Origin: Eledone cirrhosa
Taxonomy: Eukaryota
DNA: 64,000 nucleotides
Direction: 5' to 3'
NCBI GenBank assembly: GCA_964016885.1
Contig: OZ024741.1
Span: forward strand, 301,940,001 to 302,004,000
Part shown: piece after piece, positions 40,009 to 56,394 of the stretch
Layout of the letters: each line of letters opens with the position of its first letter
How positions within the stretch are numbered: the first letter of the stretch is position 1
Made by a program: the position numbers and the translations under genes
The notes under the pieces: model-generated
Told to the model about the DNA's origin: nothing
Databases searched by the model: none
Seen by the model: only the letters and a program-made list of their open reading frames with translations

Positions 40009-40412
40009 AGGTAGTAACGTGCACTTACGCCGTATTTGGCTAAAATAGAATTAGTCTGTTAGTTGGGATTTTTTTTAAAAACCGCTGGATGGGAAAAAAA
40101 GGATGAGTATTGACGTACTTGGAACACGAACCCACATCTTTGGTTTGCCGTCCAATGTGTTACCATTACACCAACAAGCCACTTCTGCTTCTTTCTATTC
40201 AATTAGAAGCTATATAACCATAGTAGGTATATATATGTATATAAATAAGGAGACACATTCAGGGGTTTTTTTTAAATCCCAACTAACAGACTAATTCTAT
40301 TTTAGTCAAATAAGCACACGTTACTACCTAATTTTCAAATTCGCTAGCCGTTTCAAATTCGCTAGCCGTTTTTAAAACAAAGCCTGCTTTGTGTCTCCCT
40401 ATTTATATACAC
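40004..40412. mobile_element. Fold-back element containing a tRNA-like unit
   Basis: 40004-40080 is the inverse of 40265-40332; 40237-40258 is the inverse of 40390-40410. Flanked by TG/TA repeats. Confidence 0.65.
40111..40180 (-). pseudogene. tRNA-like sequence (Cys-like, degenerate)
   Basis: GGCTTGTTGGTGTAATGGTAACAC (D arm/A box), TTGGACGGCAAACCAA, GGGTTCGTGTTCC (T arm/B box). Acceptor stem pairs poorly. T7 run ~10 nt downstream. Confidence 0.5.
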
Positions 40413-40431
40413 ACATATATATATATATATA

Positions 40432-41972
<1,541 letters not shown>

Positions 41973-41980
41973 TTATATAT

Positions 41981-43531
<1,551 letters not shown>

Positions 43532-43848
43532 ACTACTTCTACCAAACTCGTCCCATGTATGTATATCATTGGCCTTGCAATCGAAAGGTTGTGAGTTCAA
43601 TTCTCAGACCGGGTGATGTGTTGTTTCCTTGAGCAAGATACTTTATTTCACATTGCTCCAGTTTACTCAGCTGTAGAAATGAGTCGTGGAGGTGCCACGG
43701 CAAAAAAGCACCCAGCACTCACTGTAAATGAGGTTGGTGTTAGGAAGGGCATCCAGCTGTAGAAATCAAGCCAGAATCAGTTCCCGTCCCACCCTTGCAA
43801 GCAGGGAAAAAGCGGACGTAAAATGAAATGAAAAATGATGATAGATAT

Positions 43849-44053
43849 AGGGAAATAGTCAGGACCCCGACGGCTGGGCTCCGGCCGTTTCGACAGTTAG
43901 ATCCGAACTGTTCGAACGAGTTCGGATTTAGCTTCGAAATGGCCGGAGGTCAGCCGTCGGGGTCCTGACTCTTTTCCTATTACCCACTCTACTACCCTAA
44001 GTATTGAGTACTCTGGTGTGTTATGGTCCACCTGGTTCCTTACCACACTCTCT
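43849..44053 (+). mobile_element. Short GC-rich hairpin element with tail (copies at 58081-58252, partial at 54150-54200)
   Basis: AGTCAGGACCCCGACGGCTG...CAGCCGTCGGGGTCCTGACT hairpin followed by a conserved tail; TA-associated. Confidence 0.8.
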
Positions 44054-44061
44054 TTGTTATA

Positions 44062-44101
<40 letters not shown>

Positions 44102-44283
44102 TTTTTTAGGTTTGTTGGTTCACCACTGGATAGAATTGGTCATCTTGATGTAATATTATGGAAAGTATTCAACGTAATGCATCTCACCCGTCTTCATTTG
44201 TGTAGTTGGTGGTGCGAATACGGAGTTAATTATAAATAAAATAACAGGAGGCTGGACTGGTATAAATCCTTGAAAGGTTTATT

Positions 44284-44341
44284 ATACTATGATCATTTCA
44301 ATGACCGGGTTCCGTATGAATCCGGTGATATCATCAGGTAT
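44284..44341 (-). ncRNA. Minimal type-I hammerhead ribozyme motif
   Basis: AUAC CUGAUGA uaucaccggauuc...gaacccggucauu GAAA UGAUCA UA GUAU. Confidence 0.8.
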
Positions 44342-44538
44342 TCGAAATATAACAAAGGAACATAACAGATAAAATCCATGGGTCTGAAAATCAAAGACAA
44401 AGAGGACGACTGACCAACTAGCTGCTTTCACCTCGGTCAGTCGCCCTCAAGTGATGGCTACTCGGTCCACTAATGATCATCTGGTGAGGGGGAGAGGCTT
44501 ATAATGTACTACCACCTCTCCGTCAAAGAGAAAAAAAA

Positions 44539-44570
<32 letters not shown>

Positions 44571-45151
44571 TCAGCGTAAGGGTCACACTACAGTCAGGCT
44601 AGAAATCGCCGCGAAAAATGTTATTCCAAAGAACCTATATCTTAACAGAGGCTTATATAGTAGGCGTCTATATGGTATAATGTGTGAACAGAAAATAGGA
44701 ACGTTAAACTTGTGTTTAGAGTTATAGGATGAAATTAAATTAAAAATTAAATAATTTAAAAAATTATTAAAATTTAAAGGTTTGGGTTGCGAGATTTATT
44801 TAATGAAATTACAGAGAGAGTCTTATATGAAAAAGTTTAAGTGTATTATAGGGAAGTTATCAGGATGGGATATAGAGTAAAGACTAAAGCCTTCGATTGT
44901 AAATAACACGTACGTGTCAGCCAGTTTCGAGTGGTATCGTCTTGAGAAAGAAATGGAAATTAATTTTTCCGAGTACTCTAGGAACGTAACTGTCTCAGGC
45001 TCCGGGTGTGCCAGCGGGAAGTCTACCATATTCGACAGGCCATCGTCTATACCAAACGAATACCAAACGAATACTATTAATTCACACAGGAGGGGTTTAT
45101 TTACGTGCCAGTAGAGGGAGGCATGATACAGCTAATAGTTATGCATATATT

Positions 45152-45285
<134 letters not shown>

Positions 45286-47547
45286 CGAGACAAAGACACA
45301 TACGCAAACATTCATACACGCACACTCACACACCACATATATATATGTGTGTGTGTGTGTGTGTATGTATATATATTTATATATATATGCATATATAGAA
45401 GTGGTTACACTTCTACCTAACTCGGTTACACTTCTACCACTACGGATATTACCTTCCAGTGTTCTACCACTATATGCATATATATATATAACAGATATGA
45501 TTTTACCATATATATAAACGTGGCCATTCTTTACTCTGTTGGGAGAGTTTAATGTAACAGTTAGGATGCAAGATGAGTACAAATTGCTTCGTGTATGGCC
45601 ATACTGGCATTATTATACGAAACAATTTATAGCCACCTTCCATCCTAGCTATTGATTACATTACTTTTAAATATTTCAACACTCTATTGAGTACTTGTAA
45701 GTATGTATGTGTACATATATGGTATGGTGGAATTTAAACTCAGAGAACAGAGCTGAAATGAATACTAAAAAATATCCTATCCCGTGTTCTAGCGACTTTG
45801 CCAATTCGCCGCCTATCATATAGATATATATATATACAATGTTCTATATATTGTATAGTTCAGTTTTACTTTATATGAATATTTTTCTGTAAATCGTACA
45901 TTGCGTTCATAATTTTACCAAATTTTCTTTTGCTTTCTTTTGAATATTGTTATAATCTTGTCTGTACGCGAGAATAAACGGCAAAATATCTAAAACACCG
46001 GACAAAATTATAATGCAGTGTTAAGATGTCTTCTGTTTTCAATCATTGCCACTGTTCACATTAAATTTCAATATTTTTGAGGCGAACGAATGGTTACCAA
46101 CCATGCACTATGTTAAATTTAATTAACGGACTTACCACTCCAAAGACATGACTATCAGTCATCAACAATGGTCGTTGTTGTGATTCCTGTTTTATTTTGA
46201 CAGCTTTGTGATTTCAATGGTTTATTGTCCTATAAACCTACCAAACGTTTATCAGTTGAATGTACTCTTCGATATATTGGATATTTGAATAAAAATAGTC
46301 AATTGGAAGTGTCCCAAACCGGTATTTTCTATATATGAACTCTTTGAAAATGTTAGCCAACTGTAACTATACTCCAATTATTGATTGTCTAATTATTATT
46401 TTCTTTCGGTTTTCTAGCAATGGTCAGATTTTATTCAATGATTTTTGTATTGCATTTTATTTTATTATATTTCATTGTCTCCTAAATGTTTTATTCTGTT
46501 GTCCTTCAGAGACTGCAAATTCAAAATGCCTTTCTTTCACTAATTTTCAACACATCTGACAAGTGGGGTGTTGAAATCACTCAATTTTTTTTCTTTTCGT
46601 TATGCTATCAGGGAGGTGTGTGAAATATCTACTTCTATTCGCCTCTTAAGGAATTCACTTATCTCGCAAAGAACGATACTGCACTCTTAAAAATTCTTCT
46701 AGCCCCGAACGGAATATAAAGGTAAAAAGCATAGCAAAGCACAAAACTATACACTACAATTCCATATGAAATGATTTCTAATTTAAGCATAAGGCCAGCA
46801 AATTCGGGGGAAAGGCAAGTTTGATTAAATCAACCCCTGTGTCTAACTACTACTTTATTTTATCGACCCCAGAAGGATGAAAGGCAAAGTTGACCTTAGC
46901 GGGATTTGAACGCAGAATGTAAAGAGCCAGAACGAATACTGTAATGGCATTTTATTCAACACTTAACTAATTCGGACAATCTCCCACCCTAAATTCCGTA
47001 TTCAATAATCCGAGCACTAACACCAGTTAAATGTAAATAAGTGTTAGAGTAGAGAATCGAACAATCCTCTTAATAGTAGAACAATTAATTCCTGTCACTC
47101 GTTCACACAATAACTCTGTCGGATATGCTCAAAGAACATTTATCTTCTCCACCAGACTGAAGGTAAATAACCGGGTGTTTGAATTTTTCACTGCCGTACA
47201 TAGTGGTAGTACTCTAATATTAAGCAGTGATGTACATATTCGGCGAATTGTCAAATTATATGTTCAGACGTGATGAGTTCAAACCTGCTGCTTGCAATTT
47301 CGTCGTTTTAAGAACACTATATATAATATAACCCCAGTTAACAGTTTGACAGTTTGACAATCGTCACCGACGAATGTGAGAAAGTTCTCCAGAAAGTTAA
47401 CCAAGATTGTTTTAAAACTTTCCACCGAAGTTAACAAAGGACTTATTAGATCTACATAGCAAAATTGTAAAATTATAATATTGTAAAATTATGAAATTTA
47501 ATTGTTATAGAATACCAACTATAAGTGAAGTCATTCTTTTGCTTTTA

Positions 47548-47611
<64 letters not shown>

Positions 47612-47769
47612 TGATATGCAAATCTGGCTGATCAGTGAGTCTGCTTATATGCAGATCTGACTGGCAGCCAGTCTGCTAATATGCGAATCGGGCCGATCAG
47701 TCACTGTATATTTTAGAAAATATCATATATTTTCACTAGCTCTGACAGTTGGCAGGTAAGCAGTATACT

Positions 47770-47810
47770 GCACTGATGAAGGGTAATCACACAGAAACAT
47801 TAGTGTCTGC
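47770..47810 (+). ncRNA. Hammerhead ribozyme motif (weak stem II)
   Basis: GCA CUGAUGA aggguaaucacaca GAAA CAUUAGUG UC UGC. Confidence 0.55.
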
Positions 47811-47982
47811 CAATACAAAAGCAAGAATGACGGTGTCATTCTACTGACATGGCTTAAAAAGAGGCTGTTTGCATAATTGCAAACGAATCGAATATTATTA
47901 TTAATATTCGAAAAACTCTGATTACATTTATTGTATTCAGCCATGTAGAGCGATAGACTATTTGTTAGTTATACATACATAT

Positions 47983-48030
<48 letters not shown>

Positions 48031-48099
48031 TACTACTACTACTACTACTACTACTAAAACTATGTGATTGTGCGCTTGTCTGTAATTTAATGCAACCAT

Positions 48100-48480
48100 A
48101 ACTGACGTATCGGACAGTTGTTGAGAGAACACGTGTCATCCTTTTGTCAGGTTTCCTGGAGAAGCATCTCCGTAGGGAGCGCCTCGAGTCGGCGAAGTGA
48201 ATGTCGAGACCCTCCCTCCGTATGGCCCTGCGGATAGTGCTAGTGGTTTCTTCGCACAGGTTCGGGATCTTAAGGAAGACCTTACCTTTCGTGTTTCTCT
48301 GCCTCCTATGTCTGGGATCCCTTATTCCGTTTGTAAACGATGCTGGATATCCATTTGTCTCCAGCACCTCTCTTACGTTCTTTTACGCTCTCTACGTCTC
48401 ATTCTACTCTTCCTCCTGCTTCTCGCTCTCTCAATACCACCTGATTTTTTACCCGAAGATTTACCCGTCTGCATTGTTGA
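48100..48480 (-). mobile_element. Penelope-like RT thumb/linker fragment
   Basis: LETNGYP...VFLKIP...IRRAIRREGL.I.F...SLRRC, typical of the PLE post-RT region. Confidence 0.65.
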
Positions 48481-48556
48481 GGCTTCCAAAACGACTATTT
48501 TTCATATTCCACAATGCTTCAAGCAAACTTTAACACTCTCTTATATATATATATAT

Positions 48557-51500
48557 TGTTATACTTTGGGAGGGTCATGTTGCCAATAAGAAACACACGC
48601 ACCAGTTACTTTCACTTCAATTTATTATAATAAATTTATAAATTTAGGAATTTATAAGTTTCCGGTTGGTTGGTTGGTTCCACAACCAGATGATTGTTTA
48701 TATATTGTCAAAGTTCTTTCGTCACACACTCTGTGACCATTCATAAAAGAATGTGCCTCGTCCCGATTCTACACCAACATCATCAACACCGATGTAAGAA
48801 GATTACAGCTCACCAAAAAGCAAGCAGATAGGCTAAAACGAACACTAATTCTAAACATAAAAAAGAAGATTTATAGAGAATTAAGTCATCAAGAAAAACA
48901 TAAGCGTAACCTAATACAAGAAATAACTAAGATCACCACACCAAGAGAAAAATTAATATTTTAAACCTTATATATCCTGAAGAAAAGTATATTGTTCAAG
49001 AATGTGACAAGCACTTTAACAAGAAACTAAAGTGGCTCAAACAGATAAAACTAAATCAAGATACTTTAGAGAATATCAATAGATATCCCGACAAAATTGA
49101 CGGTATAAATATGGCCGACATCTCATTAACAGATGAATTCAACAACAACAACACAAATATATACGGCAACACTACGGTCGACTCTGATGAATTATCTGTA
49201 TTACAACTGCCACCTAAGTATGCCATATTTAATAAGGTAAATATGATTAAATACTTGTCAGAAATAGAAAAATCATTTACAAAGTTACGTTGGAGCCTCA
49301 AAAACAAAAACAAAAGTAACAACATACGCACACACACACACATATACAACACACATCCCAACAACAACAGACACACAGACACAAACAACAATAATAACAA
49401 CAACACACTCATCAACTATATTAACATATTCAGAAACAACAACAACAGACATGCAGGCACAAACAACAATAATAACATACACAGAGACAACAAAAACACA
49501 CATCAACAACAGCACACATCAACAACAACAACAACAACAACACACACACATCCAATGCCTCTCACCACCACCACAATCTTAACAAACACACAGACACAGA
49601 AAACAGGTAATGACAGTAACACAGAAATAAGGGAAGGTAATAGGATTGAAAGGAGAAGGGAGACTATGGACAGAGAAAATAACCAGGACGAACACACAGA
49701 CACACAAAATAGAGTAGATAATAACAATGAGCCAGAGGAAAGAGACAGGAGTAATAATGAGAGACATAGAAACAACCATGAGGCTGCTGGTGGAAATAGA
49801 AATAGAAACAACACAACTAACAATAACAATAGCACTAGTACACATAAAGCAGCAGCCTGGAACTCTACTTTTTATAATCCTTCCGATAAGTCGTTCGACC
49901 TGCGGACGAGTCCACGCCACGACTTTAGCTTTTAACAAACGCACGCAATTGCCGTCGCAGGTCGATGAACAAACAGAAGCACAATTTAGTATAGCTAGAT
50001 CTAAACTTAGAAATATTATAGAACAGTATAGCAAGAAGCATAATAGAATGGAGGCCCAGCAACTGGGAGAAAAATCTGCAAATGGCTTGCGTAAGCTCAT
50101 GCAGCACTCACGTAATGGAGAGATAGCATGCTTTCCAACAGACAAGTCTGGCAGAATGTCGGTTGACAGTCTGCCAAACTACATCCAGGCAATGCAACCC
50201 CACATCACTAACACAAGAGAAGTAACACCACAAGAGCATGAGGATAGGGAAAAAGCCCTCAATGCCCATATGATGATGTGGACAAATATAATGCAGCCCA
50301 ACAAAAGGACTGCCAACAACTTCCAGGCCTGGAACAATGATGTGCCAGCGTTGTATAGGCTTCGAAAAGACCATAAAACGAACAGTGGCCCTGTCACAGG
50401 ACCACCAACACGGTCAGTCTGTGGAGCTAACATTGCTAGTAACTACAGACTTTCATACTTCCTCTCCCTGATCATACGCCCCATCATTGAAATGTCCCCA
50501 GATGTATGTTACAGCACGGGGGACCTCCTCAGCAGAATCGGCGAGAGTAACCGATCTAGGGACCTAACAAACTGCATAATAGGTAGTATGATGTAGTGTC
50601 CCTGTATCCATCTATTGACGTGGATTTTGCTGTGGAGAAATGCGTAGAAATGATCAGTGAGAGCAATGTTGAATTCCGTGGGATTGATACCAGTGAGCTG
50701 GGACTCCTACTTAAACTTACCTATAGTAATAATTATCTAGACACATACGGCCTTAGCAACCTGTGCCCTACAAGACCAGCAAGAGGCAGACCACCTACCA
50801 TTACCTCAATGGTCAAGAAAACCCACACAGATAGATGGAACGGGTGGACCAGAGCCATACGGACCCCCGAAAACCATGATGAACTAAAGAAAATGATTGC
50901 ACATGCGGTGGGGGCCAGCATAAAATTAACCCTTAAGGAAAATATGTTCAAATTTAATGGAAAAACATATGCCCAAGAGAAGGGAGCAGCCATTGGTGTT
51001 AGCATTGCAGGCGACATAGCTAACATATTCATGGTATGGTGGGACAGTAGACTTAAACTTAAAGAACAATTAGAAGACCCCTTAACCCTGATAATGTACT
51101 CCCGCTACGTTGATGATATAAACATCGTAGTTAAAACACCCCCACTAGATAACAGTCAGGAATTAGAGAAAAACACAATGAAAAGCATCCAGCAAATAGC
51201 TAACTCCATCCACCAGAGTATTAGAGTTATTATAGACTACCCAAGCAAACACCCCAACCATCGATTACCCGTACCAGACACAGAGCTCTGGTTAGATACC
51301 ATTAATAACAAAAAACAAATCCTCCATTCCCATTATGCCAAACCCATGACTTCCAAATATCTGATCCACCGAAACTCAGCTGTTTCGGAGCATACCAAAA
51401 TCAACATACTGATTGCAGATTTGGTACGGGTGATGAGAAACGTGTCCCGCATGTGCAACCGCGAAGAACTAGAGAGACACATACAACACTTCATCCACCG

Positions 51501-52345
51501 TATGCAGTTCTCTGGTTACAATCAGAGAGATAAAATCAGAGTATATAGAGGAGCCAGAACCAAATGGGAAAAAATGGGAAATAATGACACAAATGGGACC
51601 TGCCCCTTGTATAGGAGCAAATTTTGGAATAGAATAGAAAGAACTAGGAATAAGGCTAATAGAATAAACTCATGGTATGATAGCAATAAATACCAGAGTG
51701 TAATGTTCATCGATACAACCCCTAGAGGTGTATTAGCTTACAAATTTAGAAGGGCAGTAGATAAACATAAACTCAATATTAAGATAGTAGAAAGACCAGG
51801 TACCTCCATAAAAACACTTATTAGCAATACATACCCTTTTCAAAGACCTCCCTGTATAGATAAGAAATGTATAATCTGTAAATTAAGCCCCCATATTAAC
51901 TGTAAAACTAGAAATGTAGTATATAGCATAAAATGTACTGAAGGACAATGTAGAGATAAAAATATAGTGTACATAGGTGAGATAGCTCGTAGTATAGGGG
52001 AACGGATAAATGAACACTGGCGAGACCTTCAAGATAGTAAAGAATCATCTGTACTCTACCAACATGCTAAAATAGAACATAGGGGTAAATTAGAGAACAT
52101 AGAAATAAAAATAGAATCTACACACAGAAAAGACGCAATGTTTAGACAAATCACAGAGGCAATAAACATAAATGAACTCCAACCAAAAATAAATAGAAAA
52201 CAGGAGTGGAACAGCAACATCACAACTTACAATTAAGGACAAAATAAAAACACACACGCACATAGAACAAACAACCAACCAGAAACATGTAAATAAACAA
52301 ATAAATAAACGAATATAAACACACACAGACACCCGGATGTAACAT
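48557..52345 (+). mobile_element. Nearly complete Penelope-like element (probably Naiad-type), frameshifted
   Basis: Reading frames from ~48740 (FIKEC...) through 49111..49935, 49727..50596 and 50596..52236. Flanked by TA/TG microsatellites. Confidence 0.9.
50596..52236 (+). CDS. PLE reverse transcriptase + C-terminal GIY-YIG endonuclease
   Basis: (D)VVSLYPSI, YAQEKGAAIG, ANIFMVWWD, RYVDD, FSGY, CIDKKCIIC..C, NVVYSIKC...VYIGE, R..EH, RQITEAINI...NRKQEW. A 1-nt frameshift at ~50591 separates it from the upstream frame (PTDKSGR, LRKDHK). Confidence 0.92.
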   Translation: MSLYPSIDVDFAVEKCVEMISESNVEFRGIDTSELGLLLKLTYSNNYLDTYGLSNLCPTRPARGRPPTITSMVKKTHTDRWNGWTRAIRTPENHDELKKMIAHAVGASIKLTLKENMFKFNGKTYAQEKGAAIGVSIAGDIANIFMVWWDSRLKLKEQLEDPLTLIMYSRYVDDINIVVKTPPLDNSQELEKNTMKSIQQIANSIHQSIRVIIDYPSKHPNHRLPVPDTELWLDTINNKKQILHSHYAKPMTSKYLIHRNSAVSEHTKINILIADLVRVMRNVSRMCNREELERHIQHFIHRMQFSGYNQRDKIRVYRGARTKWEKMGNNDTNGTCPLYRSKFWNRIERTRNKANRINSWYDSNKYQSVMFIDTTPRGVLAYKFRRAVDKHKLNIKIVERPGTSIKTLISNTYPFQRPPCIDKKCIICKLSPHINCKTRNVVYSIKCTEGQCRDKNIVYIGEIARSIGERINEHWRDLQDSKESSVLYQHAKIEHRGKLENIEIKIESTHRKDAMFRQITEAININELQPKINRKQEWNSNITTYN

Positions 52346-52351
52346 ATGCGC

Positions 52352-52467
<116 letters not shown>

Positions 52468-52470
52468 GTT

Positions 52471-52527
<57 letters not shown>

Positions 52528-52551
52528 GTGTATATATATATATATATATAT

Positions 52552-52677
52552 ATTTCTGAAGACAGCATATATATGTGAAGGTATGTATATTTCCTCTGAT
52601 AGTTTGTAATATTTTTACATAGATCTATATGATATACATACCAACACACATATATATCCTAGAAACGATCGTAAAAT
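52552..52677 (+). ncRNA. Hammerhead ribozyme motif with long stem II, downstream of the PLE ORF
   Basis: AUUU CUGAAGA [auauauaugug..gguauguauau pairs with auauacauacc..cacauauauau] GAAA CGAUCG UA AAAU. Confidence 0.7.
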
Positions 52678-52851
52678 GATGAATTTTTTAATATAAGGAA
52701 CTTGTTCTTTGTTTTTATTCATTGTTTTTATTAATTTATCTTAACTCTGTTTTCCTATGATTTTCATCGAAAATTTTTGAATGCATCTTCTTTTATCATG
52801 ATATTTGGATTACATTGAGTTCTTCATACCGTATATTTTGGTAGATTTATC

Positions 52852-52919
<68 letters not shown>

Positions 52920-53594
52920 CTTTTCTTTTCATTCTTTGTTAAATCGCTATATTACAACCTATCCACTATTAAATACTTATTTTCAATTATATTTTATTTA
53001 TAAATTCTCAAGCACACTGTTTATATGATATTCTTTTGTTGTCGAAATTTCATAAAAGCTGGGTAAAGAATTTATTGGCTTCTTACACTTAACCATCCAA
53101 CCCTTTTCCTCGCCTAGTAGCTCTGTTCCTTTGTTGCTGCTTTTTCTTTTCTAATCATTTCCTATTATTCTATAACAAGTATAGTACCGAACGTTAAAGA
53201 GGAGCTCAAAATCTAATCATTTGATTCATTTTTTTCTTTTTGTTGTTGATATAATTTATTAGATTTTTATGAATTTTCACCGATAATTAATCAGTGTTTC
53301 CTATTATTAATTAATAATTATAAATTTGCGCAATAATTCTTATCCATTAATTCACTTCCTTCCATATCTTCGAGATTTACAAAACTTCCAATCTACATCC
53401 ATTGCAAGAGGTCTCTAAATCTTTCAGCTTCGCACAGTAGGAATGTATTAATATTTTTTCTCCTATTTAATCTTTATTTCTTCGACTCCCTTGGAACGCT
53501 AAAAATTTTATCATTGAGTTAAATAAAGAATACACATCCACACAACATACCCATACCCACCACACAACATGCCCATCCACACAACATACCCATG

Positions 53595-53682
<88 letters not shown>

Positions 53683-54451
53683 CACACACACACACACACT
53701 CACACACACACAAATGAATTTATTAATTAAGTGTGAAGGCTCTCTTTACAACCATAAATCATACTTGGCACAATGTCAGTACATCTGGTTAGATAACATT
53801 AAATCCAAGATGAGTTTGAAGGCTGTTATTAAGTATAGAAATAAAGGCTGTGTATGTAGCTCAGAGATTATATTAACCAGAAAGGATGTTCTTTGTTCTT
53901 TTATTGCATTTGCCCATTGTATTGAGAGTAGGCTTTATAATATATGAGAAATACATCGCAAAGCTATTTTCTATGTGCTGTGTATGTGTGTAATAAGTAG
54001 CGTTTTATTTATCAATTTGGTTAAAGCTTTTATTTTCCAAACGCACCTATCACAATGAACGTTGCTTCTGCTTCCAATTGATATATTCTGGATATTTCTT
54101 TTTCCAGTATTTTCTATACCCTGTGTATATATATATCTATATATATATATAGGAAAATAGTCAGAACCCCGACGGCAGAGCTCAAGCCGTTTCGACAGCT
54201 ATATATATATATATATAGCTATATATATAGCTATATATATATATATAGTATTAATTATACTATTTATGGTTATGCAAATACAAAAACCTTTTGCAGTTAT
54301 CTATATTTTTATAAACCCTAAATAGTGGTAGGTAGTAATATATTACTACCTTATTACCAGTAAGTTAAATAGCTCAATGTAAAAACATCAGATGATTTAC
54401 AGAGCAGTTATATGAATTATAATAATCAAAGAACTGTTCAAAACATTTTTA

Positions 54452-54498
54452 TGCTTACAACTGTTTCCTCCAAACCGAGGCTTGGATTCTTCGGAGCA
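54452..54498 (-). ncRNA. Hammerhead motif, one core substitution
   Basis: UGCU CCGAAGA auccaagcc..guuuggag GAAA CAGUUG UA AGCA. Confidence 0.6.
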
Positions 54499-55604
54499 AT
54501 TTATTATTGAATGAACACTTATATGACCTCCTTTTCACCCAAGAGACATACAGATACATATGCAAATATTGTGGGTCAACATTCATTATAACATTTAGAG
54601 TGGCAGTACACACTTAGAGATTACATTCATATTAAAAGATACAATCAAAAATACAGGTTAAAATACAACATGAAATTAAGCGGTTATATAGTGCAAAGGT
54701 TATATGTGTGGCAAGCACGTGCGTCTTGTTTATATAGTGTGGCAGAGAGTTACGTGTAGTAGAAGCACTTAAGCAGGTAATCGAGAGTGTTAAGGTTGTT
54801 GATCTGGTGATGAATTCTTTATATGATTGTTATAGTCTGTGTGTGGAGAAATAATATAAGTATTAAAAGTAGTGTAAGCCTTAAAAATATTGGAAATGCG
54901 TAGCGAAGTGATGATATGGATTTCATGCACTGCGATATTTTCATAGTCTGGGGAGCGTATTTTTCAGATTATATGCCCCTCATATAATCCACGACGATTC
55001 GATATTGGGCGTTTGACAATCCAGTTAGAGAATCGTATTCTGATGTTCTTTGGCTCAATACAGGAGGATGTTACGTTGCGAGAATCGACATCGAAATACT
55101 ACCCGGAAGTGTGTGTGTGGTTAAGGGGAGTTAATGCATGAGGGGAGGTAACTCATTGGTTTCTATTACTAACTATTAAATTGTGTCTCAAAATAGACCC
55201 TAACTTATATGGTTATGCGCCAATTTTAAAAAATTTCTAAAAATTTAAAGTGTTTTAACTATAGAGTAGTCTATTAAGTTGTGCTGAAGGTGTTCCTATT
55301 ATGGTGATTAACCCCCTACGTAGAGTGCTACAAATGAATATTATACACGACGAACGAGAATTCTATATTAATGTTCTCTGTGATTGCAGTCTACTCAAAG
55401 AACCAGGCAAGGTGATTGCAGAATCACTTTAACACACAATGATCTCTGGTAAGTTCTGGGTCATTGCTTGCTACATTGGATGTCGAAAGATAATCATCAC
55501 CAGGGCCGACCAGAGGTCAATCCACAGTCCTCATGACTCCAATCTGACCATCAAATCATACATATATGTACAACCCATACGCCACTTGCAATACATTCAT
55601 TCAC

Positions 55605-56322
55605 AGAGACGTAAAATAAGAAAATTATAAAATTAACTTACTAAAAAATCACTTCCAACTAATTAGTTTCTGGAATGGAGTAAATATATTTTCCGAAAAT
55701 ATATTTTCGGAAAATATATTTACTCCATTCCAGAAACTAATTAGTTGGAAGTGATTTTTTAATAAGTAAGTTAATTTTATAATTTTCTTATTTTACGTCT
55801 CTCATATTATTGTTCTGCAACCCCATGCATTGAACCACAATGTTAATAAGACAAAACCTATATATTTGCTAGCATTGATATGCATCTGTGTGTATATAAA
55901 TGTTACTAGATATAAATTCCTTATAATTATCTCCAATTCATTTGTCGAGCAATATTTGGCCATGACTGCTACTATGGTAGTAGGCTGGCCGCTGTCTTAT
56001 TAACCATTCGCTTTCCACTGATTGACCTCGATGTCACGTGATTGATTCTTTTTGAATTTGCCACAGACGAAGAGGCAGTGACTTTCTCAATGGCTAGGAA
56101 TCCAGTCCACGCTTCGCTATTTCCTTTCCACTGAATTATTTTTTTAATAAGTTTCCAGAGTCCTCGCTATGCCTGGAGACTTACACGGAAAAAGACTTTC
56201 CTGGTGACGGAATGATTTTCTATATGTTTCTTCGGAAAATATATTTACTCCATTCCAGAAACTAATTAGTTGGAAGTGATTTTTTAGTAAGTAAGTTAAT
56301 TTTATAATTTTCTTATTTTACG

Positions 56323-56330
<8 letters not shown>
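55605..56330. mobile_element. Penelope-type element: palindromic pLTR piece plus direct pLTR copy
   Basis: 55605-55803 is a near-perfect palindrome; its right arm is repeated directly at 56231-56328. Confidence 0.8.
56195..56277 (+). ncRNA. Hammerhead motif, one core substitution
   Basis: ACUUUC CUGGUGA cggaaug...cauucca GAAA CUAAUUAG UU GGAAGU. Confidence 0.6.

Positions 56331-56392
<62 letters not shown>

Positions 56393-56394
<2 letters not shown>

Noticed and set aside
40111-40180. Functional tRNA gene
   Set aside because: Acceptor stem does not pair and the anticodon loop is irregular; kept only as tRNA-like.
47590-47705. Three ~34-bp degenerate tandem repeats; similar short duplications at 45400-45470 and 57925-57990
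   Set aside because: Ordinary local slippage duplications with no further supporting structure.
49111-52236. Selenocysteine recoding in the Naiad-like PLE (reported for some Naiads)
   Set aside because: The interruptions seen are frameshifts. No in-frame TGA at Cys positions in the RT/EN ORF, and no SECIS identified.
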